A stretch of DNA of 64,000 bases from Mustelus asterias (Eukaryota), in NCBI RefSeq assembly GCF_964213995.1, contig NC_135803.1:19282001-19346000 (forward strand), read 5' to 3'. This document shows positions 34,915 through 47,919 of the stretch, in pieces. Below the pieces are notes generated by a model. The model did no database searches and was not told the DNA's origin. It saw nothing but the letters and a program-made list of their open reading frames with translations. The position numbers were made by a program, and so were the translations under genes. Position 1 is the stretch's first letter, and each line of letters starts with the position of its first letter.

Positions 34915-35435
34915 CACCACCAGAAGGATGTGGAGGCTTTGGAGAGGGTACAGAAAAGATTTACTAGGATGTTGCCTGGTATGGAGGGCATTAGCTATGA
35001 GGAGAGATTGGAGAAACTTGGTTTGTTCTCACTGGAACGACAGAGATTGAGGGCTGACCTGATAGAAGTCCACAAGATTATGAGGGGCATGGACAGAATG
35101 GATAGTCAGAAGCTTTTTCCCAGGGTGGAAAAGTTAATTACTAGGGGGCATAGGTTTAAGGTGTAAGGGACAAGGTTTAAAGGAGATGTACGAGGCAAGT
35201 TTTTTACGCAGAGGGTGGTCGGTGCCTGGAACTCGCTGCCGGGGGAGGTAGTGGAAGCAGATACAATAGTGAGTTTTAAGGGGCGATTGGACAAATACAT
35301 GAATAGGATGGGAATAGAGGGATATGGTCCCTGGGAGGGGAGGGGGTTTTAGTTCACATGGGCAGCATGGTCGGTGCAGGCTTGGAGGACCGAAGAGCCT
35401 GGTCCTTTGCTGTAATTTTCTTTGTTTCTTGCATT
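34915..35435 (+). mobile_element. CR1 LINE 3' fragment
   Basis: ALERVQKRFTRMLPG...LRADLIEVHKI motif and tail. Confidence 0.9.
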
Positions 35436-35609
35436 TCATATTCATTGTGATGCTGCAGCGAAGATCCTATGGATGGGACTTTACATTTCAATGCTCCTAG
35501 CACATGCCTGGATTGCATATTGTAAAATTTTCTGCACACTGTCTAATATAAGACTTTAGGTCGACAGTTTCATTATCTGTGCCAATTGCCACCCCATCAA
35601 TCCACTGTT

Positions 35610-36893
35610 AATCATCAGTAATGTGATGGAAGGAGCCATCAGGCAGCACTTACTCAGTAATAATCTGCTCACTGACACCCAGTTTGGATTCCGCCAGGGC
35701 CACTCAGCTCCTGAGCTCATTACAACCTTGGTTCAAACATAGACAAAAGAGGTGAACTCGAGAGGTGAGGTGACAGTGATATCATGACAGTATTTGATTG
35801 AGTGTGGCATCAAGGAGCCCAAGCAAAACTAGAGTCCAAGGGAATCAAGGGAAAAATCTCCACTGACTGGAGTCATATCTGGCACAAAGGAAGATGGTTG
35901 TTGGGGTTGAAGGTCAATTATCTCAGCTCCAGGGCATCAGTGCAGAAGTTTCTCAGGGAAGTGTCCTAGGCCCAAACACCTTCAACTGCTTCAGCAATGA
36001 CCTTCCTTCCTTCAGAATTGGGGTTGTTCGCTGATGACTGAACAATGTTCACGACTCCTCAGATGTGAGGCAGTCCATGTCCAAATGCAGCAAGACCTGG
36101 GTAATATCCAAGCTTAGGCTGACAAGTGACAATTAACATTCGCGCCTCACAAGTGCCAGGCAATGACCATCTCAACAAGAGAGAATCTAACCATCACCAT
36201 CTGACATTCGATGGTATCACCATCGCTGACTCCCCCATCATCAACATCCTTGATGTTACCTTTGACTACAACTTGAACAGGACTAGCCAGATAACTACTG
36301 TGGCTACAAGAGCAGGCCGGGGCCTAGAAATCCTGTGATGAGTAACTCACCTCCAGCCTCCCCAAAGTCTGTTCACAATCTACAAGGTACAATCAGGAGT
36401 GTAATGGAATACTCTCCACTTGCCTGGATGAATGCAGCTCCAACAATACTCATGATGCTTGATACCATCCAGTACAAAGCAGCCCATTTGATTGGCATCC
36501 CTTCCACAAACATTCAATCCCTCCACCCCGACGCAAAGTTAGTGACAGTGTGTACATCTCCAAGACACACTGGGAACTCACCAGGATCCTCATAATAGCA
36601 CCTTCCAAATCCACGACCGCTATCATCTGGAAGGACAGAGGGAGCAGATACCTGGGAACACTACCACCTGGAAGATCCCCTCCAAGTCACTCACCATCCT
36701 GACTTGGAAATATATCAGTTTCTTCACTATCGCTGGGTCAAAAATCCTGGAACTCCCTTCTTAACAGCACTGTGGGTGTACCTACACCTCATGGACTGCA
36801 GCAGCTCAAGAAGGCAGCTCACCTCCACCTTCTCGAGAGCAATCAGAGATGGGCAATGGATGCTGTCCAAGCCAGAGAAGCCCACATCCCATA
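35610..36893 (+). mobile_element. Degraded L2/CR1-group LINE (RT to 3' end)
   Basis: QFGFRQGHS, ...FADD remnants, SVMEYSPLAW, and a 3' end GAAGGCAGCTCACC...GATGGGCAAT. Confidence 0.78.
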
Positions 36894-37410
36894 ATAGAAT
36901 CATACAGTGCAGAAGAGGCCCTTTGGCCTATCAAGTCTGCACCAACACACAAGAAGCATCTGAACTCCCACATAATCCCATCTGCCAGCACTTGGCCCTT
37001 AGCCCTGAATGTTATGGCATGGCAAGTGCTCATCCAGGTACTTTTTAAAGGATGTGAGGCAACCACCCTCCCAGGCAGCACATTCCAGACCGTCACCACC
37101 CTCTGGGCAGAGACGTTTTTCCTGACATCCCCCTAAACCTCCTGCCTCTCAACTTGAATCTATGTCCCTCATGACTGACCCCTCAATGAAGAGGAACAGC
37201 TGCTCCTTATTCACTCTGTCCATGTCTCTCATAATCATGTACACCTCGATCAGGTCTCCTCTCAGTCTTCTCTGCTCCAATGAAAATAACACAAGCTTAT
37301 TCAATCTCTCTTCATAATTTAAATGTCCACCCTAGGCAGCATCCTGGTGAATCTCCAATGCACCCCCTCCAGTGCAATCACATCCTTCCTATAATATGGC
37401 GACCAGAAGA
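36893..37410 (-). mobile_element. CR1 LINE 3' fragment
   Basis: VTVWNVLPGRVV on the minus strand plus CR1 tail. Confidence 0.8.
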
Positions 37411-37659
37411 ATTTTTTTTAAATCCGTGCTTCCAATGTGTAGCAGGAACACTGGAGCTGAAGATCCCACTCCACAGGTCCGTTGTTTATCAGTATAACCC
37501 TGCTGCATATCCGAGGTTCCTTGATATTCACAGTTAAATATTCGGTAAAGAAAAATGTGTGGGTGGGGACAGAGAGGAGGAAATAAAGCCTGTTTGAAAA
37601 TCTTGTACAGTGGTTTTAAAGACACAAAAAACATTGCCCCTTTAATTAGCTTCCCACAT

Positions 37660-38047
37660 CAAGAAACTACAAAAGGTCGTGAATGAAGCCCAATCCATCA
37701 CTCAAACCAGCCTCCCATCCATTGACTCTGTCTATACTTCCCGCTGCCTTGGAAAAGCATTCTCTCTTCCACCTTCTTCCGTCGGGAAAAAAGATACAAA
37801 AGCCTGAGGTCACGTACCAACCAACTCAAGAACAGCTTCTTCCCTGCTGCCATCAGACTTTTGAATGGACCTACCTCGCACTAAGTTGATCTTTCTCTAC
37901 ACCCTAGCTATGACTGTAACACTACATTCTGCACTCTCTCGTTTCCTTCTCTATGAATGGTATGCTTTGACTGCAGAGCATGCAAGGAACAATACTTTTC
38001 ACTGCTTACGAATACATGTGACAATAATAAATTAGATCAAATCAAAT
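37660..38047 (+). mobile_element. Rex1/Babar-like LINE 3' end
   Basis: HSLFHLLPSGK...LKNSFFPAAIRLLN motif and a ...TACATGTGACAATAATAAA..(ATCAA)n tail. Confidence 0.75.
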
Positions 38048-38332
38048 CACCACCACACCACCATGCTTAGGACCTCTGCTGGATTTCAGTCAGGCATCAA
38101 ACTATTTTTAAATAATATCCGGACATTACGGTAATATAAAAATGACACAAGATCCGCCGTAAGCTCAGGCAATAATTCACTCCCGCGGGTCTGATTGTAA
38201 ACCGTTAATTGCCACACCAAATTGCCATGTCATTTTGATCTCTATAGTTTTGTTTCCCCATCCACAGTTAGATATGCTGCCTGTATTTCCACCCCAGCTA
38301 TTTAATATGGACTTTCTTTCTCTTTTTGGCAG

Positions 38333-38437
38333 CCATGCCCAGATGTCTTCTGGTTCCCCATATTTTCAGAGACAACCTGTGATCAACTTGTGGACGAAGT
38401 AGAACACTATGGTGTCTGGTCAGGTGGAAGGAATGAG
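38333..38437 (+). CDS. PLOD2: PLOD2 coding exon 17 (105 nt)
   Basis: ttggcag|CCA TGC...AAT GAG|gtgaag. Translates [35 protein letters not shown]. Confidence 0.96.
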
Positions 38438-38607
38438 GTGAAGCCTTGGATTGGCGTGCATTAGTTCCAGTAGGCTGCACTGTCTTACTCTGTCAGCCAT
38501 TTTATTTACGTATTTTTAAAAAGTAGATATCACAGTAGACAGTTTTTGCTTCTATTTTCTAGTTTCTTTATTGTTGAATCCTTTTGTTACTCCCCTCCAC
38601 ACGCCTG

Positions 38608-38869
38608 GGGCAGCATGGTGGCACAGTGGTTAGCACTGCTGCCTCACAGGGACAAATGATTCCCAGCTTGGGCCACTGTCTATGTGGAGTCTGCACGTTC
38701 TCCTCGTGTCTGCGCGGGTTTCCTCCGGGTGCTGCGGTTTCCCCCCACAGTCCGAAAGATGTGCTGGTTAGGCGGATTGGCCATGCTAAATTCTCCCTCA
38801 GTGTCCCCGAACAGGCGCTGGAATGTGGCGACTAGGGGATTTTCACAGTAACTTCATTGCAATGTTAAT
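38608..38869 (+). mobile_element. V-SINE with tail B (3' end truncated)
   Basis: HE1 head followed by CCCCGAACAGGCGCTGG...GGATTTTCACAGTAACTTCATTGC. Confidence 0.83.
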
Positions 38870-39176
38870 TCCGGGGCAGGCGTGGCGTTAAAATTCCAGC
38901 CAAAAAGTTGGCTCTATTCTCTCTCCATAGATGCTGTCAGACCTACTGAGAAAATGCAGCATTTTCTGTTTCTGTTTCAGATTCCAGCATCCAGCAGCGA
39001 TTTGCCTTTATACCACTGTAGAAATTGCTGATTTGTACACTAACAAAAACTGAGGATTGATTTTGAGCTGAATTGAGTCAGGAATGTGGAGATCATGGCA
39101 TCTTTGCATCCCTGTCCCTGTCTGTGTCTCTCAAACTGCAAGATCTCAGCCCACTAACTTCTCCGTTCTGTTTTAG

Positions 39177-39323
39177 GATAAGCGGCTGGTTGGTGGATAT
39201 GAAAATGTTCCCACTGACGACATTCACATGACCCAGGTCGGACTGGAGCAGGTGTGGCTGCATTTCATCCGGGAGTACATTGCACCAGTGGCATTAAAGT
39301 TTTTCTCTGGTTATCACACTAAG
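39177..39323 (+). CDS. PLOD2: PLOD2 coding exon 18 (147 nt)
   Basis: Branch site CACTAAC, then ttttag|GAT AAG...ACT AAG|gtacg. Translates [49 protein letters not shown]. Confidence 0.97.
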
Positions 39324-39633
39324 GTACGGTCTTCTTTCACAAGCGTCATTGAAAAAGGAAGGGTGAGTTGCAGCTTGAGCCAAGACCAGGCTTTTGCCCA
39401 TCAGTTGAATCAAGCAGAACAAAAATGTCACAAGCTGAATCTTCGTGCTGTGCTACAGCGGAATCAGCTGATGAGTAAAGTCGATTTCCGCTAAAGCTTT
39501 CTCTTATTTGCCATATTTGAGAGTGTAATTTTCTTAACATCTTACCGACCCATTCAGTCAGTGTATTCCAGGTGTTCATTGACAATTGTCAGGTGTGGCC
39601 ACTTATTCAGTCATATTGGCTGGTAAGGTATTG

Positions 39634-39958
39634 AATCATAGAATCCCTACAGTGCAGACGGAGGCCATTCGGTCCCTTGAGTCTGCACCACCCAGGCCCT
39701 ATCCCCACAACCCCACATATTTACCCTGCTAATCCTCCTGACACAAATGGTCAATTCAGCATGGCCAGTCAACCTAAACTGCGCATCTTTGGATTGTGGG
39801 AGAAAACTGGAGCGCCCAGAGGAAACCCACGCAGACACGGGGAGAACGTGCAGACACGGGGAGAACGTACAAACTCCACACAGTCACCTGAAGCCGGAAT
39901 TGAACCAGGGTCCCTGGCATTGTAAGGCAGCAGTGCTCACCACTGTGCCACCGTACCC
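39634..39958 (-). mobile_element. HE1-like V-SINE (tail A)
   Basis: Full-length copy with an internal duplication of GCAGACACGGGGAGAACGT. Confidence 0.87.
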
Positions 39959-40679
39959 GCCAGCCATTGTCACCCAGATATTGTCACAAATAGCAGGTAT
40001 TACAGCACATTCACAAATTCCTCAGTGTTCTGGAATAGTGGAATCTAGAATAACTGATCACAATCAAAATCTGATTTTCAAAATCACATAAATGTAATTG
40101 TTTAATTAATGGCATTTGTACTAATATTTACTGGTGATGCCATTGTTTAAAGCCCTTGCCTCTGTTACAACTTAGCTAACCGTAGACATCACAATATCAA
40201 TGAATCCTGATGATCACTTAATGACTGCCCCGCTAACCAAAAACATTTATCCTCAGCTACTCAGCCTGTCCGCCCCACTGTACTCCCCAAGTTCTCTGTC
40301 CCATCAGGCTGCTAAGAATAATTATTCTTCTGAAAGCGATTCTTTTCGTTTGCACATTCTAACTCCTGTCACCCTGATGTGTAGCTGGCTGTTGAACAGG
40401 TGAGTGAGAACAGTCATGGGAAGAGGTTAAGCCCATTAACCAGTTGCTCAGCTGTTTAATGTGTAGGTGAACACTGAGGAGAGTTACCCAGGGTAGCCAT
40501 GGTACTGATCAATCAATTAATTAGTAATTGTTTGCGCTATTGACTATGTAGATTAGTGTAAATGGAAAGTGTTTTCTATCGAAGGAGTGGAGCTCGGTCG
40601 TCTCTGTAATGCTGGTAATTCTGGATTGTTTTCATTTAGATGTTTGATACCATGGTCCTATATTGAACTCTGGGAAAGA

Positions 40680-40998
40680 CAATGGTTTAGTAGTATTATC
40701 ACTAGACTATTAATCCAGAAACTCAGCTAATGTTCTGAGGACCCGAGTTCGAATCCAACCACAGCAGATGGTGGAATTTGAATTCAATAAAAAAAAGTTT
40801 GGAAATTAAGAATCTACTGATGACCACAATTGTCAATTCTCGGAAAAAACCCATCTGGTTCACTAATGGGAAGGAAATCTGCCATCCTTACCCGGTCAGG
40901 CCTACATGTGAATCCAGAGCCACAGCAATGTGGTTGACTCTCAACTGCCCTCAGGCAACTAGGGAGGGGCAATAAATGTCCCACGAATATAAAAAAAC
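40680..40998 (+). mobile_element. Second tRNA-derived SINE family copy
   Basis: Collinear with 8133-8520. Confidence 0.78.
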
Positions 40999-41044
40999 TT
41001 GATCCAGACATGAACTAGTCCAGCAAAACACTAAGTTCCCCAAA

Positions 41045-42005
41045 TAGAACATAGAACAGTACAGCACAGAACAGGCCCTTCGGCCCACGATGTTGTGCCG
41101 AGCTTTATCTGAAACCAAGATCAAGCTATCCCACTCCCTATCATCCTGGTGTGCTCCATGTGCCTATCCAATAACCGCTTAAATGTTCCTAAAGTGTCTG
41201 ACTCCACTATCACTGCAGGCAGTCCATTCCACATCCCAACCACTCTCTGCGTAAAGAACCTACCTCTGATATCCTTCCTACATCTCCCACCATGAACCCT
41301 ATAGTTATGCCCCCTTGTAATAGCTCCATCCACCCGAGGAAATAGTCTTTGAACGTTCACTCTATCTATCCCCTTCATCATTTTATAAACCTCTATTAAG
41401 TCTACCCTCAGCCTCCTCCGCTCCAGAGAGAACAGCCCTAGCTCCCTCAACCTTTCCTCATAAGACCTACCCTCCAAACCAGGCAGCATCCTGGTAAATC
41501 TCCTCTGCACTCTCTCCAATGCTTCCACATCCTTCTTATAGTGAGGTGACCAGAACTGCACACAATATTCCAAATGTGGTCTCACCAAGGTCCTGTACAG
41601 TTGCAGCATAACCCCACGGCTCTTAAACTCCAACCCCCTGTTAATAAAAGCTAACACACTATAGGCCTTCTTCACAGCTCTATCCACTTGACTGGCAACC
41701 TTTAGAGATCTGTGGATATGGACCCCAAGATCTCTCAGTTCCTCCACAGTCTTCAGAATCCTACCTTTGACCCTGTAATCCACATTTAAATTAGTCCTAC
41801 CAAAATGAATCACCTCACATTTATCAGGGTTAAACTCCATTTGCCATTTTTCAGCCCAGCTTTGCATCCTATCTATGTCTCTTTGCAGCCTACAACAGCC
41901 CTCCACCTCATCCACTACTCCACCAATCTTGGTGTCATCAGCAAATTTACTGATCCACCCTTCAGCCCCCTCCTCTAAGTCATTAATAAAAATCACAAAG
42001 AGCAG
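41045..42005 (-). mobile_element. Young CR1 LINE 3' ~1 kb with an uninterrupted RT frame
   Basis: ORF 41121-42044: LFVIFINDL...SKFADDTK...RPHLEYCVQFWSP...FFTQRVVGMWNGLP, with a (TTCTATG)n tail. Confidence 0.93.
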
Positions 42006-42122
42006 AAAATCACAAATGAAGACAGCAAGTTTGCCATTGTACATTTAGAAGGGGTAAAGTTCAAAGGGAGATGTTAGCACCCAAAGGGAGAGCAAGTGAA
42101 GGTAATATCTAGGCCAATGAGT

Positions 42123-42482
42123 CTTTTTATTCTTTCACGGGATGTAGGTGTCACTGGCATTTGTTGCCTGTTCCTAAATGTCCTGGATTGCTGGCCCATT
42201 TCAAAGGGCAGTTAAGAGTCGACCACATTCCCTGGGCCTGGAGTCACATGTAGGCCATGGCAAATAAGGATAGCAGATTTCCATTCCGAAGCATGTTAGT
42301 GAATGACAATTGGTGATAGTTTCATGGAAGCCTCGTTACTGAGACTAGCTTTATATTCCAGATATAGTAATTCAATTTAAATTCCACCAGCTGCCATAGC
42401 GGGATTGTCCCCACGTCCTCGGGCAATGAGCCTGAGCCTCTGGATTGTGAGTCCAGTCACATTTCCGCTATGGCTCCATCTC
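42123..42482 (-). mobile_element. Older variant of the second tRNA-SINE family
   Basis: GGGCAGTTAAGAGTCGACCACATT...GGAGTCACATGTAGGCCA block shared with 5845-6221. Confidence 0.65.
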
Positions 42483-42654
42483 TGTTACTTTTTCTGGAGT
42501 GCTGTAACAACTTGCATCATGGGCCACAACTTTCCAGCCCTTCACGTCGGCGAGATCTTCCAGTCCCGCCTTTATGAATGGAGACTTAAATGGCTCGCCA
42601 GACCTGTTGTTGGTAGGTGCGGTGGAATTACCTGGAAAATTCTGGCCATGAAGT

Positions 42655-43047
42655 GATTTGATTTATTATTGTCACATGTACTGGGATACAATGAAAAGCA
42701 TTGTTTCTTGCGCGCTATGCAGACAAAACATTACGTTTGTAACAAGGACTAGAAAAGGAGAGGGTGCAGAGTGTAGTGTTACAGTCATAGCTAGGGTGGA
42801 GAAAAATCAGCTTAATATAAGTTAGATCCATTCAAAAGTCTGAAGCAGCAGGAAAGAAGTTGCTTTTGAGTCGGTAGGTATGTGACCTCAGACTTTTATA
42901 TCTTTTTCCTGACGGGAGAAGGTGGAAGAGAGAATGTCCGGGGTGCGTGGAGTCTTTGATTCCGAGACAGCGGGAAGTGTAGATGGAGTCGATGGATGGG
43001 AGGCTGGTTTGCGTCATGGACTGGGCTACGTTCACAACTCTATTCAC
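42655..43047 (-). mobile_element. Rex1/Babar-like LINE 3' end
   Basis: IKDSTHPGHSLFHLLPSGKRYKSLRSHTYRLKSNFFPAA and an (ATCAA)n tail. Confidence 0.78.
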
Positions 43048-43744
43048 AAGTGATGGGAAAAGAACAGCACCTATGCTTTCCCTATGAGCCCCTAATTTAA
43101 ATCAGTGGACAATAGGGCAGTAGCCATAGGCATTTTTTTACAGGAAGAGGAAAGGAAAGAAAGTTATAGGCGGGGAGGGGGGGCTGAAAGCTGCAAATGC
43201 TCTAAAGCTACAAGGGGAATATCAAACACAGAAGCCAGAAACACTTCAAACAACATTTTTTCGATAGTTGCAAACTTTGGAAGCTTTTACTGAGGTGATT
43301 GGGTCTGCCAGTCTTGGTTACCTGCAACTAATAATTCTTTATTACTGGAACTGACAAAAGTGTTTCCACATGTTTGTCAAAGTATTCCCCAACAAATATT
43401 TAGCTGAGTAAAGACTGTCAACAGACTTATAAATTTGACTGATAGGAGACAGGCTGGCAACAACCTAACAACGACGTACAATTGCCTGGACTTTCCAGTT
43501 GGTTATTATAATGTCTGAAGCAATGCCTGTTTTTAATTATACATTCTGTTAAAATAGTGCTCATCAGAATATCTAGACCACATTTTTAATGTTTAAATTA
43601 CAGTCTTGCGGGTTTTGACAGTCTTTTGAAATGTATTTTCAGCAAGTGAGAGGTTTAAACAAAACCATCAATTTTATTTGGTGAAAACTAATGGCTGAAA
43701 GGCAATTAATGAGTGAAAATTAAAATGAAATGTCTCCACAATCG

Positions 43745-44050
43745 AAGGGGAGATCACAGGCTGCTCTTCCCTGTGAGAGAGAGCTGACTATTGGTGATTT
43801 AATCTGAGGGTCGCCACACCTCAGGCAAAGGGCAAGGTTGAGAAGACAAGGGCGATGGGGGGTGGGATTTTCCAGCCAGGCTCGCCCCAAAACTGGAAAA
43901 TCCCCCGGCTATGATTCCTGTGGGGAACAGGACGGGAAAATTGCGCCCTGGGCCATTATGAATGACCTCAGTCGGTACGGGAACTGAACCCGCACTGTTG
44001 GCATCGCTTTGCATCACGAACTTGCTGTCCAACCAACTGAGCTAATCCAA
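43745..44050 (-). mobile_element. Third tRNA-derived SINE type, interrupted by a MITE (~43860-43950)
   Basis: Minus head TAGCTCAGTTGG (A-box)...GGGTTCAGTTCCCGTAC (B-box-like). The MITE reads GGGATTTTCC...GGAAAATTGCGCCC. Confidence 0.55.
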
Positions 44051-44144
44051 CCCTTGAACTAATGAGTACTCCAAGAGCACGCTGTCACAAAAACGATTAA
44101 GCAACTCAATAGTTTTGAACGTTGTTGGTTTATTTTCTTTCCAG

Positions 44145-44270
44145 GGTCTTGCCATGCTGAACTTTGTCGTAAAGTATACACCAGAAAGACAAGCTTATCT
44201 AAGACCTCATCACGATTCCTCTACATTCACGATAAACATCGCCTTAAACAATAAAGGAATAGATTATCAG
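44145..44270 (+). CDS. PLOD2: PLOD2 coding exon 19 (126 nt; Fe(II)-binding HxD)
   Basis: ttccag|GGT CTT...TAT CAG|gtggg. Translates [42 protein letters not shown]. Confidence 0.97.
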
Positions 44271-44841
44271 GTGGGTTAAACATGTTCCTTGTGTTATTTT
44301 ATTCCAGCACCGAGTCAACTCTTGTCTTCCCACTTGAAGTTTCATTAAAGGTCTTAAGTTTAAATGCATTTAGGTTTCTACTTTCAGTCTGCCTACTTTC
44401 CAGTTAGGAAAGGTCAGAGTAGGAATTGAGTTGAATTTTTTTGAGCTGAATCTTTAGTATACTGAAAGGGATCTGGATATAATGTCCATGCACCGTTTAC
44501 TAGCCAACACTTTCCTCCACCTCTCTCACCTCTTTCACCCTCACCGATTCCCTACAGTTCCCTCAGCAGTCTTGGGCTTGAATTTTTAGGATGGCAAGGG
44601 CTGGTTCGGAGTGCACCCCGCCAACTCCAGTATCCCCGCTGCCATATTACGCTCTAGCAAGCAACGATTGGCATTAGGCAGGACTCACGCTCCTCATTCG
44701 GGAAGAACTCTCACCTTGGAGAGCTGCCTGCCAAACAGAGTGGTCGGCCGCTCGCCAACCCCTCCAGCAACAGCTCAGCCTTGGCCAGAAGAGGTACTGC
44801 ACAAAGCTTCCTGAGCTTAAATCCTGGGACCTGGAGGGCAA

Positions 44842-45150
44842 GTTTAAAGTTTTAAAGTTTATTTATTAGTGTCACAAGTAGGCTCATATTAACACTGCAA
44901 TGAAGTTACTGTGAAAATCCCCGAGTTGCCACACTCTGGCACCTGTTCGGGTACACTGAGGGTGAATTTAGCATGGCCTGTGCACCTAATCAGCACGTCT
45001 TTCAGACTGTGGGAGGAAACCGGAGCACCCGGAGGAAACCCACGCAGAGACGGGAGAACGTGCAAACTCCGCACAGACTGTCACCCAGGGAATCGAACCC
45101 GGGTCTCTGGCACTGTGAGGCAGCAGTGCTAATTACTGTGCCACCGTGCT
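44842..45150 (-). mobile_element. V-SINE with tail B, full length
   Basis: Reverse complement ends CCTACTTGTGACACTAATAAATAAAACTTTAAAACTTT. Confidence 0.87.
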
Positions 45151-45888
45151 GTCCCCCCAGTTACCTACAAGGTAATTGGCTGGGGTCCCAGGGCATGGAG
45201 GCTCGGGAATGCTTGGGGAGTTGCCAGGGGGACAATCGCGATCTCGGATGTGGTGCACAGAGGCCCAGAGGTCACTGGAACTTAATAAAAGAATGCCCCT
45301 GTCAGAACAGAGCATCAACATAGAAGGTCTGGTTGTAAGGCAAAACATAGTCGTGTTTATTATGTCAATGCATTATGACCCAAACATCTTCATTTAGTCA
45401 ACATTCATTGTAAGTTTTGTTTCTGCATGATTAGAAAGAATCATCATCCAATATGCTCTGTGGTTATATTTCTCCCCACACTCTCCGAGGCCCCAGTACG
45501 CTCACACTAAAATCGATGAGCTGAACCCGCTAATGAAATATCCTTCATTATTGTAAAATCTGGTGGCAGTCAATTGGGTTTGCCTCATTTCACACTCCCA
45601 TTTGAGATGGGATTTAGATTCATTTTAACAATTTGTGTTCCTATATTAGACTTGCCACTTCCAGGTGGCACCTGACACTACCTGATTGTACAATTTTGCT
45701 GTCTATAATATTGCTCAATATCATTCCGAGTTTCAGGTCTACTTTAGATATTCCTTCAGGTACAATGGTCACTACCATGAGCTTCCCACATTTAGCTATA
45801 TCTGTGCAACCTACTGTCCTACTCGACAATAGCATAACCAAGTGGTGTAATAATAGAGCTTCTCTCCCTCCAATGTGATGCTTATTGC

Positions 45889-46943
45889 GGGGGCGAATCT
45901 CCCAGCCCGCTACGCTGCTTTAGTCACGCAGCAGGCCAGGAGACTCGAGGGGAGGCCATCTTGTGGGTTCCCCGCTGGGCGCCACAGCCTCTGCGAGTCT
46001 CCAGCTGCCGGATTACTGGCGCAGTCAGATCCGCACCAGAAATCAGCGCCGAGCTGCATATTTTATGGAAATGCTTATTTTAATATATTTAATATATGAT
46101 TAGCGGATCCAGGATTGAGGTTTCCGGACCCTCTAGCATCTCCCCCCATCCCGGCCCCCCCCCCCCCCCCCCCCCCGCCCCGGCCAGGAGTGGTTCATTC
46201 CAGCGGGGTTTGGTATAGCTCCCCAGTTGTGGGAAACTGGTGGCCCAACCCCGCTGGAGTGAAGGGGGTGGGGCAATCAAGCCCCCCCATGGGAACGGGC
46301 ACTGAGGTGTCCCCTGGGCATTGCCACCTTGGTACTGCCCATCAGGCAGTGCCAAGAGGGCGGGGCCTGATGGGTCGGAGCCTCTGCGGGGGGGGGGGGG
46401 AGGGTGGGGGAGATTGGTGGGGTTGGGGAGGGTTCCTGCTGCCACTCTTCATTTTGGACTTGACAGAGGGAGAGAGGCCAGTGATTGGGGCTGGCCATCG
46501 GGATGGGGTGGGGGGGTGGCTGGCAGGCAGTCAGCATGTTGTTGTGGCTACAGGGGTGGGGATGTCAGGACTATGGGGGTGGGGGAGATCAGAGCTGCAG
46601 GGGGTGGCGGAGATTGAGGCAGGCCGGGGGTCCGAGGAACGGGTTGAGGCTGGCTGGCATGTTTTGGAGGGTCATCGATCGGGGCCATGGAGGGGTTGGA
46701 GGGCCGGCGATGGGGGGGTTGTGGGGCTGGCCAGCGATCTGGAGGCCAGCAATGCAGGGCAATTGTGCATGCGCCGTTCAGTGCTATGCTGCCGAACTCT
46801 CCAGCCCACTGATTTTTCACAATATTCATGCTCGTGCCCTCTGCAGTGCACATTTTGAAAATCTCGCTGAAAAAAACCAGCGAGATTCACTGCACATTTT
46901 ACACAAATCCAACACTTCGAATTTTGGGGGGAAAATCACCCCC
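45889..46943 (-). mobile_element. GC-rich ~1-kb Harbinger-like non-autonomous element
   Basis: Homologous to 1942-2985 in the opposite orientation (poly-G/C tracts, CCCCGCTGGA motifs). Ends GGGGGCGAATCTCCC / GGGAAAATCACCCC. Confidence 0.6.
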
Positions 46944-46984
46944 TGTGTCTTTCGGGTGTGTGTGCTTCTCTCCAATCTTTTCTT

Positions 46985-47592
46985 AAGAACATAAGAACAC
47001 AAGAAATAGGAGCAGGAGTAGTCCATCTAGCCCCTCGAGCCTGCCCCGCCATTCAATAAGATCATGGCTGATCTGACAGTGGTTTAGTTCCACTTACCCG
47101 CCTGCTCCCCATAACCCTTAATTCCCTTATTGATCAGAAATCCATGTACCTGTAACTTAAACATATTTAATGAGGTAGCCTCCACTGCTTCAATGGGCAG
47201 AGAATTCCAGAGATTCACTACCCTCTGAGAGAAGAAGTTCCTCCTCAACTCTGTCCTAAACTGACTCCCCCTTATTTTGAGGCTGTGTCCTCTAGTTCTT
47301 GTTTCCTTTCTAAGTGGAAAGAATCTCCCTGCCTCTACCCTGTCTAGCCCCTTCAATATCTTATATGTCTCTATAAGATCTCCCCTCAGCCTTCTAAACT
47401 CCAACGAGTACAGACCCAATCTACTCAATCTCTCCTCATAAGCTAACCCCCTCATCTCCGGTATCAACCTGGTGAACCTTCTCTGTACTCCCTCCAAGGC
47501 CAATATATCCTTCCGCATATAAGGGGACCAAAATTGCACACAGTACTGCAGTTGCAGCCTCACCAGTACCTTGTACAATTGCAGCAAGACCT
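46985..47592 (-). mobile_element. CR1 LINE 3' fragment
   Basis: ORF 47084-47638 encodes the CR1 RT C-terminus. Confidence 0.92.
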
Positions 47593-47919
47593 CAAAGACT
47601 TTCAAAGGTGGAATAAATAAATTGGTGATAGGAGCCAAGATACAAATTGTTAAAATGTTTTATTTTGCAGAGAATAATTGAACACAAAGAGCAAGTGTGG
47701 GATTTTCCACTTGCACTCACCTCAAAACCGGAAAATCCCACCCAAGGTCAACAGACCTTTGCATGGTCCGCCCCCCGCCCACTACAATTCCCATGGCGGG
47801 CGGGACAGGAAAACTACCCTCCTCACAGTCAAAGCAAATTTCATTCATCAGTGCGTCTCCTCCTCAGAAAATCGAGACCACATGACCTGACTTATTTGCT
47901 ATTGGTCTGCTTTTCCTGA

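Noticed and set aside
41121-42044. 307-aa RT ORF as a host gene or active LINE
   Set aside because: 5'-truncated CR1 lacking the endonuclease and RT N-terminus; the ORF start lies in flanking DNA.
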